In this document: piece by piece, positions 11,801 to 22,339 of the stretch
Layout: every line of letters starts with the position of its first letter
How positions within the stretch are numbered: the first letter of the stretch is position 1
DNA from: Marsupella aquatica
Taxonomy: Eukaryota; Plantae; Marchantiophyta
DNA length: 64,000 nt
Direction of reading: 5' to 3'
Assembly (NCBI GenBank): GCA_973895155.1
Contig: OZ316899.1
Span: 7,629,241 to 7,693,240 of the forward strand
Notes under the pieces: generated by a model
Database searches by the model: none
What the model was told of the DNA's origin: nothing
What the model saw: the letters and a program-made list of their open reading frames with translations, nothing else
Program-made: the position numbers and the translations under genes

Positions 11801-13363
11801 AGTTGTGGAGGGTGATGGTCGGAGTGTAAGTTTGCCTTGTGAGCAGGATAAACAGGGGGATTTCAATGAAGTGGCGTGCACCGTATGTGGAATACCCTGT
11901 GTATCTTTAATAATTTTGTGGAAAGTCTGTGTGCCAGGGTGACCCAATCGGCGGTGCGATATCTTAGTGAGGGTCTGTCGGGGGCTATCTATGTAGAAGG
12001 TATGTATTCTGACAGCATAAAATCCCAGTGGGAAAGCTATGAGGGTTTCTTTGATCTCCATGCCCCGTGAGGTTTGGGCTAGAATGTGTAGCACCTCTTG
12101 AGTTTCGTATATGCTGGTGTGAATGTGCAGGCCAGTCTCACAAATGTCCTTGAAACTCAGGAGATTTCGTGTGGCCCTCGGGGCGTAAATGGCCGTCTTG
12201 ATATGGATAATTGTGCCTTTGGGTAGCATTCGCCTCTTCCAACTGGTGGTGTCCCATGATTGTTGTCACTCTTCTTTGGGATGGGATTATGTATTTAGAG
12301 TAAGCTTTGGTCCTTAAGATCGAGTGAGAGGTTCCACTATCTAGTATGCAGCAGTTTGGGTTGTCCAAAGCTTTAGACATCTCGGATTGAAAAGCAAGGT
12401 GCAATTCAGGTAATATTTCTGGGGTTTCTAAAAATGCTCCATGTGTTTCATATGCTAAGCTGTTTTGATCTTTCTGGTATAATGCAACGAGGTGTGCTGG
12501 GGCTCGACATGCTTTCTTAATATGTCCTTTAGTCCCACATCTGTGACAAGTTTGCGGGTTCTCGGACTTATCTGGATTGTAGTTGTTGCGAGTCCAGGTA
12601 TTCCAAAATCTGCCTGGTTGTGATCTCCCTCGGCCTCTTCCTCCCCAATATGAGCTTCTTCCTCCACGTTGGAAGGAGTTGCCACGTCCACGGTAGGTTT
12701 GTCGTCCTCTATTGTTCCCTCTCCCTCCAAATGAATTGTTAGATCCACGTCTTGATGTGTTGAAATGGGTTTCAGGATTCGCTTGTGGAGGTAGAGTGCC
12801 GGGTGGTTGTTGCTTTGTATTTTGCAGCAGCAAGATCTGATATTTTTCTGCTAACAACATATGCGCGATTAACTCTGAATATGTTGTGAATCTCATATTC
12901 TGGTATTGTGTGGATATTACCAGGTTCGTTGAGTGAAAAGTCGAAAGGGTCTTCTCAATTTGTTCTTCTTCATTAACCGGGTGGCCGTAGATTGCCAATT
13001 GCGAAATGATGCGAAACAATTTGCTGTTGTATTCTGCAATCATCTTGTAATCCTGTACATGTAGGTTAATCCAATCGTGCCGCGCTGCAATGAGGAAGAT
13101 AGTGCGAGTGTGGTCAAATTTGGCGTGGAGATCATCCCAAAGTACTCTAGGATTATATGCATTCATATATTGGCATTTCAAGGAATCGGCAAGATGATGG
13201 CGAATCAGGATTAGAGCCTTTGCCTTCTCTTGTAGCGTGGGGCCATTGTTCGTCAAAATTGTATCCTCTAGGTTCTTAGATGCAAGGTGGGCCTTGACAT
13301 CTAGTGTCCAAGACAAGAAATTAGAGCCATCAATGCATAGTGCTTGGAAGTAAAGTTCTCCAT
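8876..13363 (-). pseudogene. copia-1 gag-pol polyprotein, broken by stops and frameshifts
   Basis: Zinc knuckle CHRCGTKGHIKKAC; PR LDSGTSHS; INT HRRLGHPG and DNAGEF; RT YKARLVARGF and YVDD; RH YADAGYLSD and YEDN. Confidence 0.93.
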
Positions 13364-13732
13364 GGTGTTAGTAGTCATTGTGCCCGAATATAGATTTACG
13401 TTGGGGAGTAGGCCTTCACCGCTCAGTTATGTCTTGTGATGTTTAACTATTGGCAGTTCCTCTGCCTGTAATCAATGTGGGGAATTTTTCTCGGAGATTT
13501 TTAAAAGATCAATGTAGGATTGCAACAATGGAATGATGCAAGAATTGATGAGGATTGATTATACCCAAATTCGCCTTTTGTCTTGACAAATCTGGTGTAG
13601 AATTACTGTCTATGGTTGGTAATGGGGTTCACAGACCTCTGGCTGAGATCTCCACTGATCCGCTTACACCCATCCAAAATCAAAGCTCTCCCGAATCAAT
13701 GTCGCCCTTAGGAAAAAATTGATGAGCACCTT

Positions 13733-13745
13733 TGTGCTGATAACG
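13733..13745 (-). promoter_or_regulatory. PBS of copia-1 (CGTTATCAGCACA; Bianca-type, internal tRNA-Met priming)
   Basis: Abuts the 5' LTR; near-identical CGGTATCAGCACA in copia-2 at 27148-27160. Confidence 0.7.
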
Positions 13746-13876
13746 TGTTCAACATCACAATAATGTAAACACTTTATTCATCTCCATCTATATACATAGT
13801 AGGTTGCTAAGGGAGTTGGTTGTGTAACCGCCTTAGTCCTAACCTTTGAGTAGACCTAACCTAAGGGGTTATAACA
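13746..13876 (-). repeat. 5' LTR of copia-1 (131 bp)
   Basis: Direct repeat of 4465-4595. Confidence 0.95.
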
Positions 13877-14085
13877 GTATTATATATTTGCAGATTTTTC
13901 CCTCCTACTTCCAGATTGGGTTCATCAAGTTTGAGCCTGAAGACCTATAGGCATTGCTGAGCCCGGGTCTCAAAAATGGTAATATTCATTTCACTTCAGT
14001 TTAAAGTGTACTTAGGGTTTAAAAAGGATGGTTTTGGGAATTTTTTTACTAACTCCAGACTCCAAACATTTGTTGCATTTGCCAG

Positions 14086-14319
14086 ATGTCTTCATCCTCT
14101 ACAACTTCCACCACATCGGACTCCTCCTCCGATGAAGACATTCCTCCTCCTCCTGAGCCTGAACCAAGTGTACGTCAACTTAGTGGTCCACCACGTCAAC
14201 TTTGTGGTTGTAAAAAATGTGTGGGGATGATTGTCCGAAAGTCATATGTATGTGCGGACCACATTGTAAGATATGGACAACATCGAGGTCTTACACCGGG
14301 AGCCTCTTCATCCCATATG
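14086..14319 (+). CDS. Exon encoding the CACTA transposase-associated zinc-binding domain
   Basis: CGCKKC-x10-CADHIVRYG resembles the CPCxxC..HL..G motif; preceded by CAG; phase-0 donor GTGAGT at 14320. Confidence 0.7.
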
Positions 14320-14426
14320 GTGAGTTGTAAAGTTACCTTGTTTGTTTCTATGTTATAAATCTACCTAGCATGACTTAGGTTTTGGGAAGTTGTTCACATT
14401 TACTTTGTTGGATTTTTTTCATATAG

Positions 14427-15242
14427 GTATCCACTAGGCCTACACCCACGGCACCAACACCCTATGTTCCCTCACAAGGAGTTCTAGATGCTATAGGATT
14501 GGCCCTTTCACAAGCTTTTCGTCTAGTTGCAACAGGGCAAGGAAGTGTTGGGACAGCTGAGGGTGTTGGTATTGTTACAAGAGGGAAAAAATGATCTAAA
14601 AGGAAGCCGAGAGGGGAAGTTGATCAGTATACCTATAGGGTTGATGGTAGGTGGGGACCTTGTACCTTCACAGGGAAATGTGTGCCTATCATAGAGGATT
14701 GGAATCCTGATTGCCTTGGTTTGCCATGTGATATAACCTATGGTGAGGAGATAGAGGTTTGGGGAAGGCATTGGGTTGTCAAAAGTTCTACACTAGGGGA
14801 GAGACATGGGTATGGATTTTTTTCTTGTGAGGACATCATTGTGGATGATATGGGTGGAAAAGGGCGGTCTCCAGATGGACCAACGTTGTTCCCATATGGT
14901 GGACCCATTTACAAGAGGAGACATTGGAACATGATCCTTGTACAACACCCTAAGTGGAAGACTTATGCATTGGACATGGATACTTTTGATGGTTGCACTA
15001 GAAAGTATAGTGAACAACGTATAATTGATGGAGATCCCATCCGTAGTGGGAATATAGCCGGTTTCATAAACAGTACTGTGGGGTCCCGGCCCAAGCGTAG
15101 GCAAAATTGTGAGTGGGTTTTTGTTGATGGTCCCCCTCCAGCACCATATGGACAGAGATATCATCATGACCATTGTCTGGTTGTGGCTACAAGGACCATT
15201 AAGGCCGGAGAGGAGTTGTTTACTCATTATGAGTGGGATTAG
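14427..15242 (+). CDS. SET-domain protein (putative lysine methyltransferase) exon; one in-frame TGA at 14592; open SET core 14682-15242
   Basis: VKSS..HGYGFF, YGG, IDG..SGNIAGFINS and LVVATRTIKAGEELFTHY are SET motifs in the expected order. Confidence 0.85.
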
Positions 15243-15400
15243 GCTTAGTTATTTTAGGAACACTCATGTATTACATATTCATTCATTGCGTGTGAACATA
15301 TTTTTGTAAGCTACCCATGTCCTTTTCATATTATTAATAACATATTTGTCTCACTATTATTTGGAGTTTGATTGCAAATGCTTTATTGTGTTGTCCATAG

Positions 15401-18400
15401 AATGTGCGACCTAGTCAAGATATGTTGTCAAGGAGGTTGAGAGCTACATATGATGAATGGGCATGCCACAAGACGGAGAAACATCATCAATAGATTCCTC
15501 ATCCAGTGACAATGACATTGAAGGTTCGGATGAAGGGGCACCTAGGATAGATTATGAGGTCATGCAGGACCAGGAGACAGCCATGGATGACTTCATGATA
15601 GATTGGTTTGGTGTGGACGTTGATGGTGAAGGACGTGGACCACCCAATGAAGGAGCTCCCCCACCAAATGCTGCACATGACCCCCGGCCTCAACATACAC
15701 CAGAAGGTCAACAACAATGGGAAGAAGCGGAGGCACATGCTAGAACACCTATTTATGGGGGTGCTTGCTTGAATAGACTCTCTGCCATCTTGGCATTGAT
15801 GAACCTTCAGGCAAAACACAAGGCAAGCAATGCCCTACTATCAGATTTGTTTGCAATTTGTCATGACCTCATGTTACCCAGTGACAATGTATTGCCAGGA
15901 ACTTGGAAGGAGGCAAAGAGAGTTTTATCATCCATTGGTATGGAATATCATATCATTCATGCTTGTGTGAATGACTGCATCCTATATCATGAGACCAATG
16001 CCAACAGGACTGAGTGTCCAATTTGTCATGAGCCTCGATATGAGGCCAACATGTTGACCTCAAAGGTGCCCAGGAAAGCTGCCCGTTGGTTTCCCATTAT
16101 TCCTTGATTGTTGCACATGTATCGATGTTTTGACTTGGCAGAATTGATGGTATGGCATAAGACACATCAATCAGAGGCTGGTGTCATGCGGTTGCCAGTT
16201 GACTCCCCTGCTCACAAGCATGTGGAGTCACAATGGCCAGAGTTTGCCAATGACCCTCGTCATGTGAGGTTGGGGTTGGCATCAGATTGGGTCAGCCCCC
16301 ATTCCCTTGGTGGGAAAGGATGCCCTACATCAGTTTGGCCGGTGGCTGTTATGAATTACAACCTTCCACCATGGTTGTCCATGAAAAAGGGCTTCTTATT
16401 GTTGTCATTGATTATCCCAGGTCCATCTAAGGTAAAAAACATGGACACCTACTTGGCACTATTGGTTGGGGAACTTCAAAAATTATGGGACGGTGTGTGG
16501 ACCTATGATGGTCGGAAAACTACAGGGGGATTATCGCGTGTCTTCAAATTAAAGGGAATCAATATGTGGACCATGCATGACTATCCTGGTAAGGTTTTCA
16601 TGTATTAAAGAGTTTGTTTTAGAGGAAGTCCCTCATATTTATGTATGTACATGAACTTTTTAAATCCTTTGACTCTAATTGAGAAAGTGGTTTGGGTTTG
16701 GGTTTGTTTCAGGGTTACAAAATCAAGGGTATAAGGCATGCTCCACTTGTGGTCCAAGCCTTGAAGATATGGCCAAGCACTCAAGATGGCTTCTTATGAT
16801 AATCTACCTTGGGCATATCAAGTTTCTTCCACTTGGACATGAGATGAGGTCTGACCCCCTTCTATTTTCAGACTTTGACATGATCAATGGTGATGAGCGT
16901 GACATACCTGAGCGTACATCCTTTGCACATTGGAAATCCATAGCTGATAGGGTGGCAGACCCTGATGACCCCATGACATTTGATGGAAGTGGGTTGACAC
17001 GGTGGACTATACTAGCCACTTTGCCGTATTGGCCTGAGTTGAAGATTCATCACTTGTTAGACCCCATGCATATAGAGGGAAACGTTGGGAAGGCTTTGAT
17101 TAAGCATTTTTATGGAGAAAAGGACCATAATTTTAGGGAGGCATGCCAAGATCTAGAACGACATCCAGATTTATGGATAACAGTTGATGAATCAATAGGG
17201 ATGGAACACCGTCCTTCAGCTCCTTGGGTTTTGAGTGTTGGTGAAAGAAGAGAGTTTCGACAACGCATAGGTCAGATGCGGTTTCCTACAGGCTATGGTG
17301 CCAATCTCTGGAAAACTTTTGGGATGGAGGACAGTCATAAGTGGCCAATGTATCTGAAGACACATGACTATCACCGTTTACTACAACATATACTTCCTGT
17401 GGCAATTATAGGCTTGGGCAGTGAAGAAGTGCAAGATGCCCTCTGGTCATTGGGCACTTTGTTGAGATGGATATGCTCAAAGGAAAGTATGAAGAAGAGA
17501 TCCCACGTATGGAGGTATTGGTAGCTGAGGTAGTTTGCAAGTTAGAGAAGGCCCTCCCTCCTTCCTTCTTTGATTGTCAAGTGCATTTACTTGTTCATCT
17601 TGTGAGGGAGGTTGCCATTGCTGGTCCAGTGCATTGTCGTTGGATGTATTGGTTGGAAAGGTACATGGCTGTGTTAAAGGCTTATGTACCGGAATCGTGC
17701 ACGAGTGGAGGAGAGCATGGCAACAGGATACTTGGCAGCTGAGAGTATGTTCTATTGCAGCAACATCTTAGCTACCATTGATCCTAGTTGTCCATGCAGT
17801 TGGATGGAAGAGAGAGAAATGGAGGAGGATTGTTTAATAGGAGCCAAAAAAACACGCTTACTGACAGGAGTTGAGTTGACACAGATGACTACTTTCATGT
17901 TGAGTAATAGCACTATTATGGAAGAATGGAGAGAGTTTTATGAGGATGCAAAGAGGGAGAGTCGTCGCCCAAGGATTTTTCCAAAGTTCCTTGAGTATAC
18001 GAGGGAGAAAGTACTTCAGTTGGATGCTATGGTGGCCCAAGGTGAGAGTGTATCACATTTTCCAGATATGACTCATGACGTTCGAACAATTGTTCATGGC
18101 CCTTTGAGACTTGTTCAGACCAGAACAGCAATGTGGACACAAGGGAGACATTTCAGGATTTCTGACCTTGATGAGAAGAGGGGTAGAACTTTTGACTGTG
18201 GAGTTCAAGGGCAGTTCATGCAGGATTCACAAAGTAGCCGCCATGACACCAATGTCATCCGAGATGTGGTGCCTCACTATGGGAAGATAGAGGAGATCTT
18301 GATTGTATCCTATGATGCGGATACAAAATTTGAAGAGTATGTCTTCAAATGTAAGTGGTTCAAAATTCACTTGGTTGGTGAGAATCGCACGGTACTTCTT

Positions 18401-18643
18401 GATGATTGTGGGTTTACTCGACTGAAGACATCAGCAACGAGCTTTCAACCATCTCATTGGCAAACATCTGAACCGTTTACATTCCCAAGTCACCTTGAGC
18501 AGTGTTTCTATATTCCATACCCACCAGACCCAGAGGAGTGGTCAGTTGTTATATCGTATGTGCCACGATCTCGTTCCATTATCTCAGAAAAACCTGAAGT
18601 TATTATTGTGTCAAACAGAGGAGAGGATGAGGACCAAGTTTGA
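15401..18643 (+). pseudogene. CACTA TnpD DDE transposase (Transposase_21 plus DUF4218/DUF4216-like C-terminus), decayed; intron from about 16589
   Basis: IHACVNDCILY, ECPIC, LASD, MHDYPG, LDPMH, LKTHDYH, HLLVHL, WMYWLERYM, FKCKWF and EPF motifs; stop at 16105 and frameshifts near 15455, 17490 and 17690. Confidence 0.95.
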
Positions 18644-19199
18644 TGCATCACTAGTAGTAAAACTTGTTGTGGGGCGTATAATTGTGATTATATTAACTAT
18701 CATGGTTTAATTTATATTTACCTATTTATTTTCTTCTTTTGTCTTACAAACACTTGGACTTTGAAATTTACCGCTATATATATATGCAACCCTAGCCACT
18801 AGAAAAGTTATCCTCATATATGCATGCCACCTTTTTGAAATCCCTAGCTTATAACCTAAACACATGCATTCTCCATCTTCTAAAGTATTCTCTCAAACAT
18901 TTCCATTCTGAAAACTTTGCAAACAACTCTCTTTACAAAACATTTTTTGAAGTAGCCGGGAAGGAATTTTTGGACCTCTTGTGAATAAAATTCCATCGGT
19001 CCTTCTGATACAAATTGGTATTGCGCACAATATTGTATTACAGTTTACAAATTTTACTACTCAAACATTGAGGGAACTTCATAAAAGGAAGAGTGCATTC
19101 TCCAAAAACCACAAATGCAAGCCTACTTTGGTCTCAGCAGTCTTAAACCAAAATCCTCCCGTAGAAAACCCGAGCTATACTTGAGTCAACATGGACTAC

Positions 19200-19584
19200 T
19201 CCTCATTCAAGACATCCAGACCAATGTACTTGACGTCTAACATGGCTTGGTTCATCTGAAATGTCCTATAGAACAACGTCACGTTGTTTACGACTCCTTC
19301 TACAACGTAAATATTAACGATGTGACACCCTACACACATTACGTCCTCTCCTACGTTGTTAATAACAAACGACTTTCAAAACAATGTTCAAGATAGCTCA
19401 TCCAATGACGTTATGTTTAACAGTGTTTCAAACGACTTAAGTTGGAGCAATTGGCTCTTAGATTTCTACGACATCTTAGTTACGTCAAACGTAGTTGTAA
19501 ACGTAGTCATGATAGTCGTTAATGATGTTGACGATGATTATTAGGAGGTATTGTTAGCATCCGACGCAACAAAATCTAGTAGTG
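19200..19584. mobile_element. Right terminus of a CACTA element (…TAGTAGTG) with AACGAC/ACGT subterminal repeats
   Basis: Ends TAGTAGTG at 19584, where unrelated coding sequence starts abruptly; repeats differ from those at the left end. Confidence 0.7.
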
Positions 19585-20941
19585 ACAAGGAATGTCGTTA
19601 TGCTTCCTTTAGATTGTCTGGGAGTAACTAGAGTGGTTACTTTCAAAGCAATGCTAACTTTCATGGATTCGAGCATAAATTTGTTATGCAAACTGGGGTA
19701 TTTTGTTTGCTTGGCGTCATTCCAAATCCGCTCATTGAGGTTTTTGTGGACTTCATAGATTGGTATTTGCTAGCATTCCAGAGTAAACAACATTTTGAGA
19801 GGTCCTTGAATCAAATGGATCAGTTAATGAAAAAAGCAGTAGGATTGATGATAAAACATGCTAAAACTTGGCAGAAGTCAAGACAGTTTCAACATTGTAA
19901 AAGTCCATGCCATGAGTCACCTAAAAGATTGTATCAAATGATGTGGGTTGCCTTTAGAATATGACAAAGGTATATTCAAACATCTTCACATTGCCCTCAT
20001 GAAGGTTCCATACAGACATAGCAACAAGAGGAATTTCATGGGGCAAATAGCAAGGCATAGCCAGAGGACTAGAATTTTACTAGACGAAGCGAGCTGTCAA
20101 GAAGACTTAAGAGTGCACGCAGAAGATGTTACTGCACTAGACTAGGTACTATTTCCCTTACCTCCCTCCCACTTCTGCTACACTTTCAGTTTGTACTTTC
20201 AGTGTAGCAACACATGTCACTTTACAAAGGATGTCTTGTAGGCACTTATGCATGTGCTTTATGATTTGATATGTGGAGGCTGTATTGACAGGACAAATCA
20301 CCCTATCTGGAAAGGATATAAGGGTGACATTGAGTTGGCTTGATGCAAGTAACAATGACTTTGTGCCTGTAGAAGTGAGTGAACTATTTCAGTGTCAACC
20401 AGAAATACAACTGCACCTCAGAGAAGCCTTTGTTATGCACTTGAATGATGAGAACTGTGCAGTTCCTGAGATAATACAACTTTGGAAAATCTTAGCAGTG
20501 CCTGCTGGGGAAGGCGTTCGATTTGGAGAATGGCCAATGTACACCCATGCCTGCAGAAGTTTCCATGGTAAAGAATGGTTTGGATTCGTCTCTCTTCAAA
20601 TGGAAGAAGTTGGCATTGATCCTGTAACATCTTATGGTCAACTAAGGTTGCTGATTTCTTGTGAAGTCATTGATGAGGGTGGCAAGAAGATCATGAAGCA
20701 TCTAGCATTTGTTAGAATGATGGAAAAGCTGCCAAGGGATGGAGATTGGAAGTTATTGCACTGCACAAAACTCCAGTGGGTTGATGAAGGCATGACAGCC
20801 TCTACAAGAAGAAAAGCACTTTACAGAAGATCCAAAGTGCCTTATATTGTTGTGGAGGTAGCAAACATTGCTAAAGTGATTCATTGTGTCCCTAATTTTG
20901 CTCAAGTTGGCACATATTTTGAAAACAGATTCAAACTTTAA
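19585..20941 (+). pseudogene. C-terminal part of a Plavaka-like (CMC superfamily) transposase
   Basis: Across a frameshift: F-IVKVHAMSH..I..G..EYD..FKHLHIALMKVPYRHSNKRNFMGQI; then SFHGKEWFGFV..YGQLRLL..HLAFVR. Confidence 0.6.
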
Positions 20942-21788
20942 TGGTGGACCATGCAATGCAGGTCAGTTCTTGGTTCCCAAATGTCCACATTTCTTGAGGG
21001 TCTGCTATTGACTAGTAGTCCGGGAAATACATTTCCATGAATCTCTTATGGCCAATCATGTTTCCATCTAGCACTCCTTTGTCTACAGTGAGTAACAATC
21101 TTGCTCTGCTCTTACCAGTGCATGATTTGTAGGTGTCTCACAATTTGTAGGTGTCTCTTGATCTCTGATTTAATTTTGTTCAAGACAGTATAGGATGTGC
21201 GGCATGCACTGGCAATGGTTTCAATGTTGGCCCCAGGAGATCCCTTTAGTGTTGCTATTGCAGTGGTAAGTTTTCTGAAATCTCATACCTTTGGAAGTCT
21301 CTCAAGGCATTGTCTAGCACTATTCATGTTTAGGATCCTAGATATCTTGCTGTTCAGATTGCCAGAGGGTTGCCCAATTGATCCCTTCATACTTGCATCA
21401 AAAGATTCTTTGCATCTAGCATATCTATGATTGGGGCTACCATTTTATCTAACAAATGAAGCTCAATGGGATTGTATTACCATTTGGGAATGAATGAATG
21501 AACTCACTTGTTATTATCTGCCTCGTCTCTAGCTCTTTGCAGTCAAGCTCTCTCTTGCAGGAGGTACTTCTTATTTCTCCCTCTTTGCTTTCAACCTGTG
21601 TATTCTCTATGAGGTTTTGTTGACTGGTTTTGTTGACCAGCTTTCATCATTCTTTCAAACTAGTGGAAATGTAATTCTCAAGGAACTAACCCAGTCAAGT
21701 AAGTGCTGAAGGAGATCGGTCAAGAATCCCAATAATTTTATTATTGATTGCTCATCCCAATGATCTTGGTTGAGATCATTGTAGGTTA

Positions 21789-21975
21789 TGTTAAATTATG
21801 AAATATATATACACCAACAAAAGATGATTGAAATTTCTCTGAAGCCAATGTGGCTTATTATATGTTGTACATTGGGGTAGTTGTAACTACCCTCTCCTAG
21901 TCTCGTGTCTCTTTATATCTAGGTATTGCATACCTCTTTGTATCATATGTACTAAGGGTTAAATATATTCTAACA
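21789..21975 (-). repeat. 3' LTR of copia-2 (187 bp)
   Basis: Direct repeat of 27161-27347. Confidence 0.95.
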
Positions 21976-22339
21976 CTCCCCCTTGGTTACTTTATGTTTC
22001 TTAAAGTAGCCATTTTGGAAATAAATTTAAGCCTAGTTCTGAATATAATGGAAAAACTCATTGGGGTATGACCTCATTAAAAACCCCCTGATTTCTTTTG
22101 GGGTAAAATGAGTGTCACTACCTTACATGTAATGAGTTAAAACTAGTAAGAAAGGAGTGTAATCATGTATGGCTAAATTTAAACGAGTGTTTGATAGGAT
22201 GTGTCGAAATGTTCGAGTATGGAGAACATACGTTCAGTAGAATATGCATAGAACAGAGGAAGTATCATGGGGAAACATAATGTTGTCGAGTCGCAATGGA
22301 ATAAGAAGTTTATGGAAGAGGTGGGGAAGTCAGATTGCA

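Larger units (their letters stand above)
4465..13876 (-). mobile_element. Ty1/copia LTR retrotransposon, Bianca-like (copia-1), containing a 4-kb insertion
   Basis: 131-bp TG..CA LTRs with 1 mismatch; TSD GTATT at 4460-4464 and 13877-13881; PBS CGTTATCAGCAC; PPT AAGGGGGAG; gag-PR-INT-RT-RH order; KHIAPKFF and FLERIHADVCGP motifs. Confidence 0.95.
464..18900. mobile_element. Decayed CACTA/En-Spm DNA transposon (TnpA-like gene on minus; SET and TnpD on plus), interrupted by a copia element; right boundary uncertain
   Basis: Starts CACTACTAC at 464, followed by dense TCGCAA/TTGCGA subterminal repeats; contains TnpA-like and TnpD genes; sequence is continuous across the copia TSD (GTATT). Confidence 0.75.

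Noticed and set aside
18649-18662. CACTAGTAG as a new element start
   Set aside because: No subterminal repeats follow and no matching TSD or partner end was found.
464-19584. One intact CACTA element from 464 to 19584
   Set aside because: No shared 3-bp TSD, different subterminal repeats and non-contiguous flanks.
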